Origin: a virus
Lineage: Duplodnaviria > Heunggongvirae > Uroviricota > Caudoviricetes
DNA: 64,000 bases
Virus record (IMG/VR): IMGVR_UViG_3300031758_000005
Reading direction: 5' to 3' (one strand)
Each line of letters begins with the position of its first letter. Within the stretch, counting starts at the first letter, position 1. Under the pieces are notes generated by a model, which was given only the letters and a program-made list of their open reading frames with translations, was not told the DNA's origin and did not search any database. The position numbers and the translations under genes were made by a program. This document shows, one piece after another, positions 43,859 through 53,700 of the stretch.

Positions 43859-43900
43859 TTATTATATTTATTTCTATAATAACAATTTAAATTCACTATT

Positions 43901-44389
43901 ATGACCAAAGAAGATCTAAAACAACTAATTCAAGAAGTCTACGAAGAAGAAATGGCAGAAACCAAGAAAAAAGGTGCTGCTAAGGAAGAACCAAAGAAAG
44001 AAGCTCCTAAAGCTCCTAAAGCACCTGTGAAGAAAGCTGCTGAAGCTCCAAAAGCAGAAGATCCAAGCAAGATTACCAAGTCATTTGTCAAGACAATTGA
44101 CAAACACGGTGATAAGAACAAATTTGCTGGTGACAAGGGTGATGCTGAATTATTTGGTAAAATCAAGAAAATTCTTACTCCATATGTTGGCAGAAGATTA
44201 GAAGAAGCTGATATTGATAAGATGATGGGAGAAATGGAATGTGATGAATGTTACGAAGAAGGTGCAAAACCTGATTTCTTAGATTTAGATAAAGATGGTA
44301 ATAAGAAAGAACCAATGAAGAAAGCAGCAATGGATGCTAAGACCAGTAAAAAGTTAAAAGAAATTATAGAAAAAGCAAAAAACATTTAA
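43901..44389 (+). CDS. Putative head/internal protein (K/E/A-rich)
   Basis: MTKEDLKQLIQE N-terminus; KPDFLDLDKDGNKKEPMKKAA module. Confidence 0.6.
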   Translation: MTKEDLKQLIQEVYEEEMAETKKKGAAKEEPKKEAPKAPKAPVKKAAEAPKAEDPSKITKSFVKTIDKHGDKNKFAGDKGDAELFGKIKKILTPYVGRRLEEADIDKMMGEMECDECYEEGAKPDFLDLDKDGNKKEPMKKAAMDAKTSKKLKEIIEKAKNI

Positions 44390-44396
44390 ATTATTT

Positions 44397-44423
44397 AACC
44401 CGTCGTAAATGACGGGTTTTTTT
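44397..44423 (+). terminator. Intrinsic terminator
   Basis: AACCCGTCG-TAAA-TGACGGGTT followed by a T-run. Confidence 0.85.
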
Positions 44424-44438
44424 GTGTAATAAAATAAT

Positions 44439-44612
44439 ATGAAAACTCCGTGTAAAAGAATCTGTGTGGTTGTGGATGCTAAACTATGTGAAGGATGTGG
44501 TCGTACTTGGGAAGAGTTGCGAGAGTGGTCATTTTATAGTGATAAACAACGTGATGAGATAATGGAACGGTTAAAACACTTTAAAAGTAAGCATAAGAGT
44601 AGATTTGATTAA
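44439..44612 (+). CDS. DUF1289-like Cys-rich (predicted Fe-S) protein, 57 aa
   Basis: Translated by hand: MKTPCKRICVVVDAKLCEGCGRTWEELREWSFYSDKQRDEIMERL...; below the ORF-track cutoff. Confidence 0.75.
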   Translation: MKTPCKRICVVVDAKLCEGCGRTWEELREWSFYSDKQRDEIMERLKHFKSKHKSRFD

Positions 44613-44626
44613 TATTTATAACTACT

Positions 44627-46111
44627 ATGAAGCTATTTAGAGACTTACTGTTAGAAAATCCAGATACTGTATATTATAAGAAAAAGACATATAGTTATCG
44701 TAGCCCAGCGAACAAATGTGCTTTTCTTGTATATAAAGATGAAAAGAGTGGTAAAAATGCTATATTTGGATATAGTCTTGTTAAAAAAGAATTTTATTGT
44801 GATGACCCCGAAGTTTTAAAGGATGTAGACGAACTATCCAAACAGCCAAGTCTCAAATTGGATACAAGTATGAATTCTGATAATCAGCTTGATTATTGGG
44901 GACAAAGAGCAATAACTAACTTAAAGAACAGTAATAGTGGGGGAGGTCATTTAGATATAGAAAATCTTTTAAAAGGTATAGGTAGATTTGGTATTTATGC
45001 TGATCCACTTTTGAAGGGTAGAATATTTGAGGTAGATGATGCTAAAGATGTGGTTGATGATTCTCATTTAAAGATTGAAACTACAATACCAAGTGGCAAA
45101 GGTATTATTGTAACATTCTGGGATTCTAAAAGAGATAGAATAATTAAGTATAAAGATCAATATGATAAGGTTATAGAGTTCAATGGATATGACCCCAAAG
45201 AATGTTTGTATGAACCAAGTATGAATTTTTATACATATGATAACTTTTACAACGATGGTCCATCAATATCGGAAAAACCTTCACGAACTACCACTTCAAA
45301 TACTACTGATACTACTTCTAGGAACTTACAAACTGGAGGTAATCCAGTCAGTTTCAAAGTGGGTGATAATGTGAAAGTTAGAGGAATGAAGACTTCTGGA
45401 GTGGTTGTATCTATTGCCGGAGATAAAATTACTATAAGAATAACGGATACAGATGTTGAAGGTGTTAGTGTTGGTTCTGAAAAAACGTTTTCTTCTTGGT
45501 TTTTGGAACCTGTTGTCATTAATAATACAGAATTTAAAGTGGGTGATAAAGTAAAATACAAAGGTTATGACACATATGGTGAAATAAAATTTATTGATGG
45601 AAATACTATTATTGTTAAAATAAATCAGTCTGATATTCCTCTTATGCCTGTAGGTGTAAGTTTTAGTTTTCCGCCATCTGCTTTGGAACTTGATAAAAGA
45701 ACTCAAGGTGAGACGATTGAGAAAGTAGTTGATGATAAGACTCAAGAGTTTGTTGAAAAACGAGGTAAACTACATTCAACGGGTGCTACATTTACTCCAA
45801 CGGAAAAACAAAATTTAGAAAAAGAAGTAGATAGTTTGGAAATTGAAATCAAGATACTAAACGATCTATTGAATGCTGGTATAAAAAACTATACAGATAA
45901 TGTAAAAGATGTGGTTGCTAAATCTATTCAACGCAAACTACACGCCATGTCAAAAGAAAAACAAGATAGATATAGTTTGATAGCCCAAGCTGAAAAGCAA
46001 TATGGTATGCCTATTGCACAAATAAGACAAAAGTATAGAAATGTGCCATTGGATCAATTGGTTAAGAAAGAATCGTTATATAAGAAACTATTAAAGGCAT
46101 TAAGAGGATGA
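44627..46111 (+). CDS. Putative virion protein with two SH3/KOW-like barrels
   Basis: MKLFRDLLLE N-terminus; repeats FKVGDNVKV..GVVVSI and FKVGDKVKY..GEIKFI. Confidence 0.6.
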   Translation: MKLFRDLLLENPDTVYYKKKTYSYRSPANKCAFLVYKDEKSGKNAIFGYSLVKKEFYCDDPEVLKDVDELSKQPSLKLDTSMNSDNQLDYWGQRAITNLKNSNSGGGHLDIENLLKGIGRFGIYADPLLKGRIFEVDDAKDVVDDSHLKIETTIPSGKGIIVTFWDSKRDRIIKYKDQYDKVIEFNGYDPKECLYEPSMNFYTYDNFYNDGPSISEKPSRTTTSNTTDTTSRNLQTGGNPVSFKVGDNVKVRGMKTSGVVVSIAGDKITIRITDTDVEGVSVGSEKTFSSWFLEPVVINNTEFKVGDKVKYKGYDTYGEIKFIDGNTIIVKINQSDIPLMPVGVSFSFPPSALELDKRTQGETIEKVVDDKTQEFVEKRGKLHSTGATFTPTEKQNLEKEVDSLEIEIKILNDLLNAGIKNYTDNVKDVVAKSIQRKLHAMSKEKQDRYSLIAQAEKQYGMPIAQIRQKYRNVPLDQLVKKESLYKKLLKALRG

Positions 46112-47124
46112 AAACAAAGAAATTACGCATTTTCGATTTGGATGATACACTTTTTGAAACTGAAGCTAAAGTTATTGTTACTTCATCGAATGGTACTAGT
46201 AGAGAAATTACCCCAGCTGAATATGCTGTATACGAACCACAACCAGGCGATAAGTTTGATTTTAGTCAATTTCAAACACTTATCAACCCAACACTAATTC
46301 GTTCAATTGGTAAACGATTTTATAAGATAGTTACATCTTCGAATGGTGATCGTAAGACGGTGATATTGACGGCTAGAGGTTCTGAAGCAGCCCCACACAT
46401 AAGAGATATAATTAGAAAGTACTTTAGAGTGGATATTGAAGTGATTACTCTTGGTACTGGCGATCCTATGGCTAAAGCTAATTGGATATTGAACAAAATA
46501 CAAAATGAGAGTTACAATGATATATTCTTTGTGGATGATAGCAGCAAGAATATATTGGCTACCTATAGAACTATTAGTAACTTACCTATTAAGTATAAGT
46601 TAGTTGATATTACTACCCCACGTAAATATGAGGGTAACAATCTTCCAACTACCAATAGTTTAACTGAGATGTTAAAGAATGTGGTTGATAAAGAAAGACT
46701 TAAAAAGGCTTATAAGTTTTTTGTTAACAAGTTAAGTTTACCCAGTGGAAAAATCAAGTTAGAGTTTGGTAGTTTAGAAGATGATGTGCAAGGTAAGGTA
46801 AAAGTGGAGGGTGATGGAAAGCCATATAAAGTGAAGAAATATACAATTATTATGAGAACAAACAGTCCTCATAGCAGTGATGATCAAATCAAGACATTGG
46901 CGCACGAGTGTTGGCACATTAAGCAAGTGGAAGATGGTAAATTAAATACATTTGATAATAGTTGGGAAGGTAAAGTATATCCTAGATACAAAGACAATGA
47001 TCCAAAAGAAAAGACTTTGCCTTGGGAAGTTGATGCTAGAGCAAATGCTGAAGAGTTGTATTTGGATTATAACAGATATGCTAGAGAAACAGGCGCTGCT
47101 AAAAAGATTATAAAGATTAAATAA
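46108..47124 (+). CDS. HAD-superfamily phosphatase fused to a zincin (HExxH) domain
   Basis: IFDLDDTL, ILTARG, K..WI and FFVDDS; C-terminal LAHECWHIKQ..PWEVDA. Confidence 0.7.
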   Translation: MKTKKLRIFDLDDTLFETEAKVIVTSSNGTSREITPAEYAVYEPQPGDKFDFSQFQTLINPTLIRSIGKRFYKIVTSSNGDRKTVILTARGSEAAPHIRDIIRKYFRVDIEVITLGTGDPMAKANWILNKIQNESYNDIFFVDDSSKNILATYRTISNLPIKYKLVDITTPRKYEGNNLPTTNSLTEMLKNVVDKERLKKAYKFFVNKLSLPSGKIKLEFGSLEDDVQGKVKVEGDGKPYKVKKYTIIMRTNSPHSSDDQIKTLAHECWHIKQVEDGKLNTFDNSWEGKVYPRYKDNDPKEKTLPWEVDARANAEELYLDYNRYARETGAAKKIIKIK

Positions 47125-47125
47125 T

Positions 47126-48325
47126 ATGTTAATCGACTCACCACTTGTTAAAGATGGAGTAATGTCTGGGTCCAGTATATTTACGGGATCGATAAATATA
47201 AGACCCAGCGATTTGACTATACAGTCAAATGCTGTATATCTAACTTTAGATAATAATACAGGTAAAATAGGAAAATCACCTGTTATATCAACAACCACAA
47301 GTGGCACATCCGGCACTGCTGGAACTGCGGGTACAGCAGGTACTAGTGCTACAGCCGGTACAAGCGGTTTGACTGGATATCCAGGTAGTAGTGGTACTAG
47401 TGGTGTTGGATCTACATTATATACTGGTAGCACTTATCCTATTACTGCAAGTTGGGCAATTACAGCTAGTTATGCATTGAATGCGAATGCTGGTGGTACT
47501 CAGTTATATACTGCCAGTACATATCCTATCACTGCGAGTTGGGCGGTAAGTTCTAGTTATGCTTTATATGCACTGAGTGGTGGTACTCAATTATTTACGG
47601 GTAGCACTTATCCAATAACTGCAAGTTGGGCTTTATATGCGATAAGTGGCGGTACAAAGTTATTTACTGGCAGTACTTATCCTATAACTTCCAGTTGGGG
47701 TATTACTGCTAGTTATGCTTTGAATAGTGGTACTAGTACCGCTGTATTGTTTACTTCTTCATTTTTTAAAGGTGAGGTTTTATCTAAAATAACTTGTTCT
47801 GCTTATTATTCGTATTATCATTTAAGTACCCAAAATGATTTAAATATAAGACTTACTGGTAGCAAAATTCCCTCTGCTTTTTCTATAAGATTAGTAAATA
47901 GTGGCAGTATCAGTCATCGTGTAAGATTATCTCCATATAATACTATTGAATGGGCTGGTGTTGCTAGTGGATTTGATAATACTGGGTCCATATTGATGGC
48001 GGGTAATCAAGAATTATTTTTCTCATTCATTTTTTATGATAACGCTGCTATTGGTAGACCTGTAAGTAAATCTATAGCATTTATAACTGATTTAAAAACA
48101 CCTGGTTTACAAAACAAAACTACAGCTCAGAATTTGTATATATTGGGTGAAGGTTTATCAGGAATGGTATCTGGTAGCATAAATGATCCAAATACATACA
48201 TATTTACAGCTGATGGAGGTGGTACTGAACCATCTGCGGCTGGATTAACCAGCAAAGCTTTTTGGGGGTGGATGCCAGTTTATGTAGAAGGATATGGTAG
48301 AAAATTCTTACCTCTATATGAATAA
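47126..48325 (+). CDS. Tail-fibre-like protein
   Basis: GTSGT/GTA repeats and four T(G/A)STYPIT(A/S)SW linkers. Confidence 0.65.
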   Translation: MLIDSPLVKDGVMSGSSIFTGSINIRPSDLTIQSNAVYLTLDNNTGKIGKSPVISTTTSGTSGTAGTAGTAGTSATAGTSGLTGYPGSSGTSGVGSTLYTGSTYPITASWAITASYALNANAGGTQLYTASTYPITASWAVSSSYALYALSGGTQLFTGSTYPITASWALYAISGGTKLFTGSTYPITSSWGITASYALNSGTSTAVLFTSSFFKGEVLSKITCSAYYSYYHLSTQNDLNIRLTGSKIPSAFSIRLVNSGSISHRVRLSPYNTIEWAGVASGFDNTGSILMAGNQELFFSFIFYDNAAIGRPVSKSIAFITDLKTPGLQNKTTAQNLYILGEGLSGMVSGSINDPNTYIFTADGGGTEPSAAGLTSKAFWGWMPVYVEGYGRKFLPLYE

Positions 48326-48373
48326 ATAAATATTAAGTATATCTTCTTTCTATTTATAACTATAACATTATCT

Positions 48374-50449
48374 ATGACAAACACACGTGTAGAAAAAGAA
48401 CAAACAGTAACATTACACAGAACGGTAAAAGGTTTTTATAAAGCCTCTGTAATGGGCGTTGATGAAAACAATCAGGTCAGCGAACAATTTTCAACAGGTT
48501 GGAAACCCAACACAATTTTAAACACTGGTTTGGACAAAATTGCTTATATGCCATGGGCACAAGTGTTTCAATTTTGTTTGGTTGGTGATTATCCATATGG
48601 TCCAACTGACACATTGACTGCTTCTTTTAGTGAAAAGATGTTGAAAAGACCAAGAAAAATCAACGCTTTTTATCTAACTGGCGAAAATAACTGTGGTCAT
48701 AAAGTTTCTGGTAGTCTGGTCAGATTATACAGAACATTCGATTTTTACAAAGAATTAGATAATACCACATACACTGAAGTTGGTTTCAAAGAAACACCTG
48801 CTGCAACTACATTGTTTAGCAAAATTCGTTTGGATCCACCAATTACTTTGCACGCTGGTCAATATCTTCGTGTAAACTACGAATTGCGTGTAAATATGAG
48901 TCCATTCAGCAGCAGTGTGGGTGGTAGAATTCCAGCTCAATATCCTTCTTTTACTGGTTGGACAACTGGTTCACTAGACAGAGAAGCAATTCAAAAGATC
49001 GGTTTGTGTGGCATTGATAGTGGTAGTGGTTTGGCAATTCCAATTGATGAAGGTGGTTTTTGTAACGAACCATTTGCTCCTGGCCAAATAAGCTTTGGAC
49101 CTGGCTTTGGTTTCGTAAATAGATATTATAACGGATCTAATGTAAACTATGTTCCTACAGGTTCATTTTTCCCAGCTGTAAGTTATGAACCAAATCCATT
49201 CAAAGCAGTTGGTCCGCTTCAAGAATTTTTTGCGAATTATCAAAATCCATATCAATTTTTGGATTTGGGTATATCTGCTAGTTTGAGTGTTAACAACGGT
49301 AGATACAGTGGAAGTTATTGTATTCCAAATATAGCCGCATACAAACCAAGAAATTATTTTACCAGTGATTTATTTTATCAACTATCAGAAATATTTTCTA
49401 ACTTGTATACCAGTTATGGTACAAATTGGGCAGTTGATCCTCCAGGCGCTGGTGGTAGTGGACAAGGTGATACTACAGAAACTGAAGGAACTTATTACGT
49501 TAGTCAACAAAATACTGATAATCCCAACACCGGTCAGTGGGGATTCAAAACTGGCGTAACAATTGCAGACACAGCTGTATACTATAGTTCAAATAGATTT
49601 ACAAAATTAGATAATTTGTGGACTCCATATTCTAAATTGGCTACACTAACTAGCGTACCTGGTGCAACACCTACGTTAAGTACCAACAACAACAATACCA
49701 ATTTGTTTAATGATTTCTTTTACGATCCATCTATGCAAAATAGTGGAAGTTTGAGCTTTCCAAAATTTCCAAGTAGATTGATGGTGCCAGGAGGCAGAGG
49801 TACAGGATCCAAATATGAAATAGAAGAAAGTCCCGCTACACAACAAACAGTTGATGGTAAAAAGATGATAGCTGGTGATGGTATTATAGACAAGAAAATA
49901 CCAAATTATTTCGTTTATTGGGATGATTGGAATCCATATCAAACCACCGCTTCATTAGCAAATATGCCATTGTGGGTAAGACGCACAGGTTGGACAGGTA
50001 CACCTTCTCCAACAAGTGGACGTAAAGTTGGTACAAACTATTATGTACGTGGAAGCAGTTGTTTTCTATCAACATTTAGTGGATCTGCTACATCTTCGTT
50101 TAATGCACGTGATAGATCTAGAAATTCAACCACCAAGATATTTTCAGTTGAATTGCCAATGTATTTGAATCCATATACTCAAAGTACTTATACAAGAGAC
50201 AAAGTGGTTATTTTTAGCAATGGTGTTGCTAATAATGAAGATATTCCAACTTTATATAGACCAGATCCAGCTGTTGCTCCGTTGTGGAGAACAATTGGTG
50301 TGGGTCCAACCAGTATTAACTTGACACCTGAGGCGATGAATGATGCGGCTAAGAACAATGGTTATGTGTATGTATTGCAAAATGGACAAACCAAGAGCAA
50401 AGATTATTCATTGAAGATGGTGTTTAGATACACTTGGGGTAGAGGTTAA
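48374..50449 (+). CDS. Putative tail/baseplate structural protein
   Basis: NTILNTGLD..YTEVGF..LFSKI..ITL..YLRVNYEL pattern; located in the structural cluster. Confidence 0.55.
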   Translation: MTNTRVEKEQTVTLHRTVKGFYKASVMGVDENNQVSEQFSTGWKPNTILNTGLDKIAYMPWAQVFQFCLVGDYPYGPTDTLTASFSEKMLKRPRKINAFYLTGENNCGHKVSGSLVRLYRTFDFYKELDNTTYTEVGFKETPAATTLFSKIRLDPPITLHAGQYLRVNYELRVNMSPFSSSVGGRIPAQYPSFTGWTTGSLDREAIQKIGLCGIDSGSGLAIPIDEGGFCNEPFAPGQISFGPGFGFVNRYYNGSNVNYVPTGSFFPAVSYEPNPFKAVGPLQEFFANYQNPYQFLDLGISASLSVNNGRYSGSYCIPNIAAYKPRNYFTSDLFYQLSEIFSNLYTSYGTNWAVDPPGAGGSGQGDTTETEGTYYVSQQNTDNPNTGQWGFKTGVTIADTAVYYSSNRFTKLDNLWTPYSKLATLTSVPGATPTLSTNNNNTNLFNDFFYDPSMQNSGSLSFPKFPSRLMVPGGRGTGSKYEIEESPATQQTVDGKKMIAGDGIIDKKIPNYFVYWDDWNPYQTTASLANMPLWVRRTGWTGTPSPTSGRKVGTNYYVRGSSCFLSTFSGSATSSFNARDRSRNSTTKIFSVELPMYLNPYTQSTYTRDKVVIFSNGVANNEDIPTLYRPDPAVAPLWRTIGVGPTSINLTPEAMNDAAKNNGYVYVLQNGQTKSKDYSLKMVFRYTWGRG

Positions 50450-50466
50450 TTATAAAATAACTTGTT

Positions 50467-50688
50467 ATGGCATATATTTTAGTAAATACAGGATCTATTG
50501 CTAATAGTGATACTGCTGATACTATCAGAGAAGGTTTTCATAAAGTAAACAGTAACTTTATTAGTTTAAATACCAGCGGCATCACCAGTTCAATTAACTT
50601 GGCTGGTGCTGCTGGAGGTAGCAGTGGATTGTATTTACCAATTGTTATAAATGGTACCACGTATAAAATACTATTAAACAATAATTGA
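50467..50688 (+). CDS. Small protein with T4 gp9/gp10-like N-terminal motif
   Basis: VNTGSIANSDTADTIREGFHKVNSNF. Confidence 0.6.
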   Translation: MAYILVNTGSIANSDTADTIREGFHKVNSNFISLNTSGITSSINLAGAAGGSSGLYLPIVINGTTYKILLNNN

Positions 50689-50726
50689 ATAGATTATTGG
50701 TGGTACTATTTATATGTTAGTAAATT

Positions 50727-53700
50727 ATGTCCATCAAGAAGTTAGATTTATTAAGAATTATAACCAGCTCAAATTATCTTTATAATTTTAGCTCCAGTTA
50801 TTCTAACAAAGCATTAACTGCAAGTTATGCTTTAAATGCTAGCGGTGGTGGCGGTGGTACATCAGGTACAAGTGGAGCTGGAGGCAGTAGTGGAACAAGT
50901 GGAACTGGATCTCCTGGCACAAGTGGTACGTCCGGCTCTTCTGGTGAATCCGGCACATCTGGTACAAGTGGTAGTAGTGGTACTTCTGGTAACTCTGGTT
51001 CAAGTGGATCAAGTGGATCAAGTGGATCAAGTGGTGTAAATGGCGATAATGGCACTAGCGGAACATCTGCAACTGCTGGAAGTAGTGGTACAAGTGGCGT
51101 AGGATCGCCTGGTACATCGGGTTCATCAGGTGAATCTGGCACATCAGGTAGTAGTGGTTCAAGTGCTACTGCGGGTAGTAGTGGCACAAGTGGTGTAGGT
51201 TCTCCAGGCACTAGTGGTAGTAGTGGAGCTTCAGGCACATCAGGTAGTAGCGGTAACAGTGGAACAAGTGGAAGTAGCGGAACAAGTGTATCTGTGTCTG
51301 GTACAACAAATAGATTGGTTAAATTTACCAGTGCTTCTACAATTGGCAATACATCAACTGTACACGAAAGTGGATCTGCATTTTTAGGAGTGGGTGTATC
51401 ATCAAGTTTAGTATCAAGATTGCAAGTTTACCGCAGCGGAAGTAATTCAAGTGTACTTAAAGTGGATGGTGGAAGTGGTACATTATTCGAAGTTACCGAT
51501 AATCTAAGCGGTAGTTTATTTAGCGTAAACACCATAGCAGGTTTTCCAATACTAGAAGTATTTAGCAACAATAGGATGGTTGCTGGGGCTTATGGTACAA
51601 ATGCTTTAGTAGTAAGTGCCAGTAGCGTTGGTATCGGTATTGCCACACCAAGTACCAAACTACACATTCAGGGTAATGTAAGTGGTAGCCAATTTACATC
51701 AAGCAGAAGAAACGCAGTTGGATTTTCTGGTACTGCAAGTTATGCGAGACGAGCTTTGACTGCGAGTTTTGCTTTGAATGCAAGTAGTGTGGGTATTATG
51801 AGAACTGGCAGTAGATATCCTATAACTGCAAGTAGAGCAATTACCGCAAGTTATGCTTTGGCTAGTGCTGGTGGTGGCGGAGGCAGTGGTACTATATCAA
51901 GTGGTATAGTTAATAGAATACCTAAATACACAGGTACAACTACTGTTGGTCAATCATTTACTCCTATTTTTGAAAGTGGATCTGCTTTTGTTGGTGTTGG
52001 ACCTATTTCTACCAGTTTGGTATCAAGACTACAAGTTTTCCGCAGTGGAAGTAATGCTAGTGTGCTTAAAGTAGATGGTGGAAGCGGTACATTGTTTGAA
52101 GTCACTGATAATCTAAGCGGTAGTTTATTTAGTGTAAATACTATTGCTGGTTTTCCAATACTGGAAGTATTTAGCAACAATAGGATAGTTGCTGGCGCTT
52201 ATGGTACAAATGCTTTGGTTGTAAGTGCTAGTAGCGTTGGCATTGGCATTGCTACTCCAAGTGCCAAACTACATATTCAAGGTAATATAAGCGGTAGTCA
52301 ATTTACCAGTAGTAGACGAAATGCAGTTGGGTTCTTTGGTACCAGTAGTTTTTCAAGAAGAGCATTGACCGCAAGTTTTGCATTAAATGCTGGTGGAGGT
52401 GGTACCACATTAAGAACAGGTAGTACATATCCAATTACAAGTAGTTTTTCCCGAAGAGCTATTACAGCAAGTTATGCATTGACTAGTGCAGGTGGAGGAG
52501 GAAGTGGTACTGTATCTTCAGGTGTTGTAAATAGATTGGCCAAATATACAGGCGCAACTACAGTGGGAAGTTCGGCTATAGTATATGAAAGTGGAAGTGC
52601 TTTTATTGGTATAGGTGTAACAAGCAGTTTGGTATCTAGTTTACAGGTTTACCGCAGCGGAAGTAATGCTAGTGTACTCAAGGTAGATGGCGGTAGTGGC
52701 ACACTATTTGAAGTTACTGATAATTTAAGTGGTAGTTTGTTTAACGTCAATGATATTACTGGTTTACCTATATTTGAAGTGTTTAGTAACAACAGAATTG
52801 TTGCTGGTAAATATGCTGCAAATGATTTGGTGGTCAGTGGTAGCAGAGTTGGTATGGGTACAGCTACACCCCAAGCAAAGTTGCACGTTGTGGGTAACAT
52901 AAGTGGTAGTCAATTTACTAGTAGCAGAAGAAATGCTATAGGTTTCTCTGGCACTGCAAGTTATGCAAGAAGAGCATTGACTGCAAGTTATGCATTGAAT
53001 GCAAGTGGAGGTGGTGGAAGTACATTACGAACTGGCAGTACATATCCAATTACTGCTAGTAAAACATCTGCAATTGCAGCGGGTGTTACTAATAGATTTG
53101 TTAAGTATACAAATGCTTCTGCTGTTAATAGTTCAACTATGCTGTATGAGAGTGGAAGTGCTTTTATTGGCATAGGTATAACAAGCAGTTTGGTATCTAG
53201 TTTACAAGTATATCGTAGTGGTAGCAATGCTAGTGTGTTGAAGGTGGATGGTGGAAGTGGTACATTGTTTGAAGTCACTGATAATTTGAGTGGTAGCTTA
53301 TTCAATGTAAATGATATTACAGGATTACCTATATTTGAGGTATTTAGCAACAACAGAATTGTGGCGGGTAAATATGCTGCAAATGATTTGGTTGTTAGTG
53401 GCAGTAGAGTGGGTATTGGTGTGGCTACACCACGTGCTAAACTACACATACAAGGAAATATAAGTGGAAGTCAATTTACTAGTAGCAGAACAAATGCAGT
53501 TGGGTTCTTTGGTACTGCTAGTTATGCAAGAAGAGCATTATCAGCCAGTTATGTACTTGGAGGAGCTGCTGGATCAAGTGGCACTAGTGGTGCAAGTGGT
53601 ACATCAGGTAGTTCGGGTACTAGTGGAACATCAGGATCAAGTGGAACTTCAGGTAGTTCTGGAACAAGTGGAAGCAGTGGAACAAGTGGAGTTGGATCTC

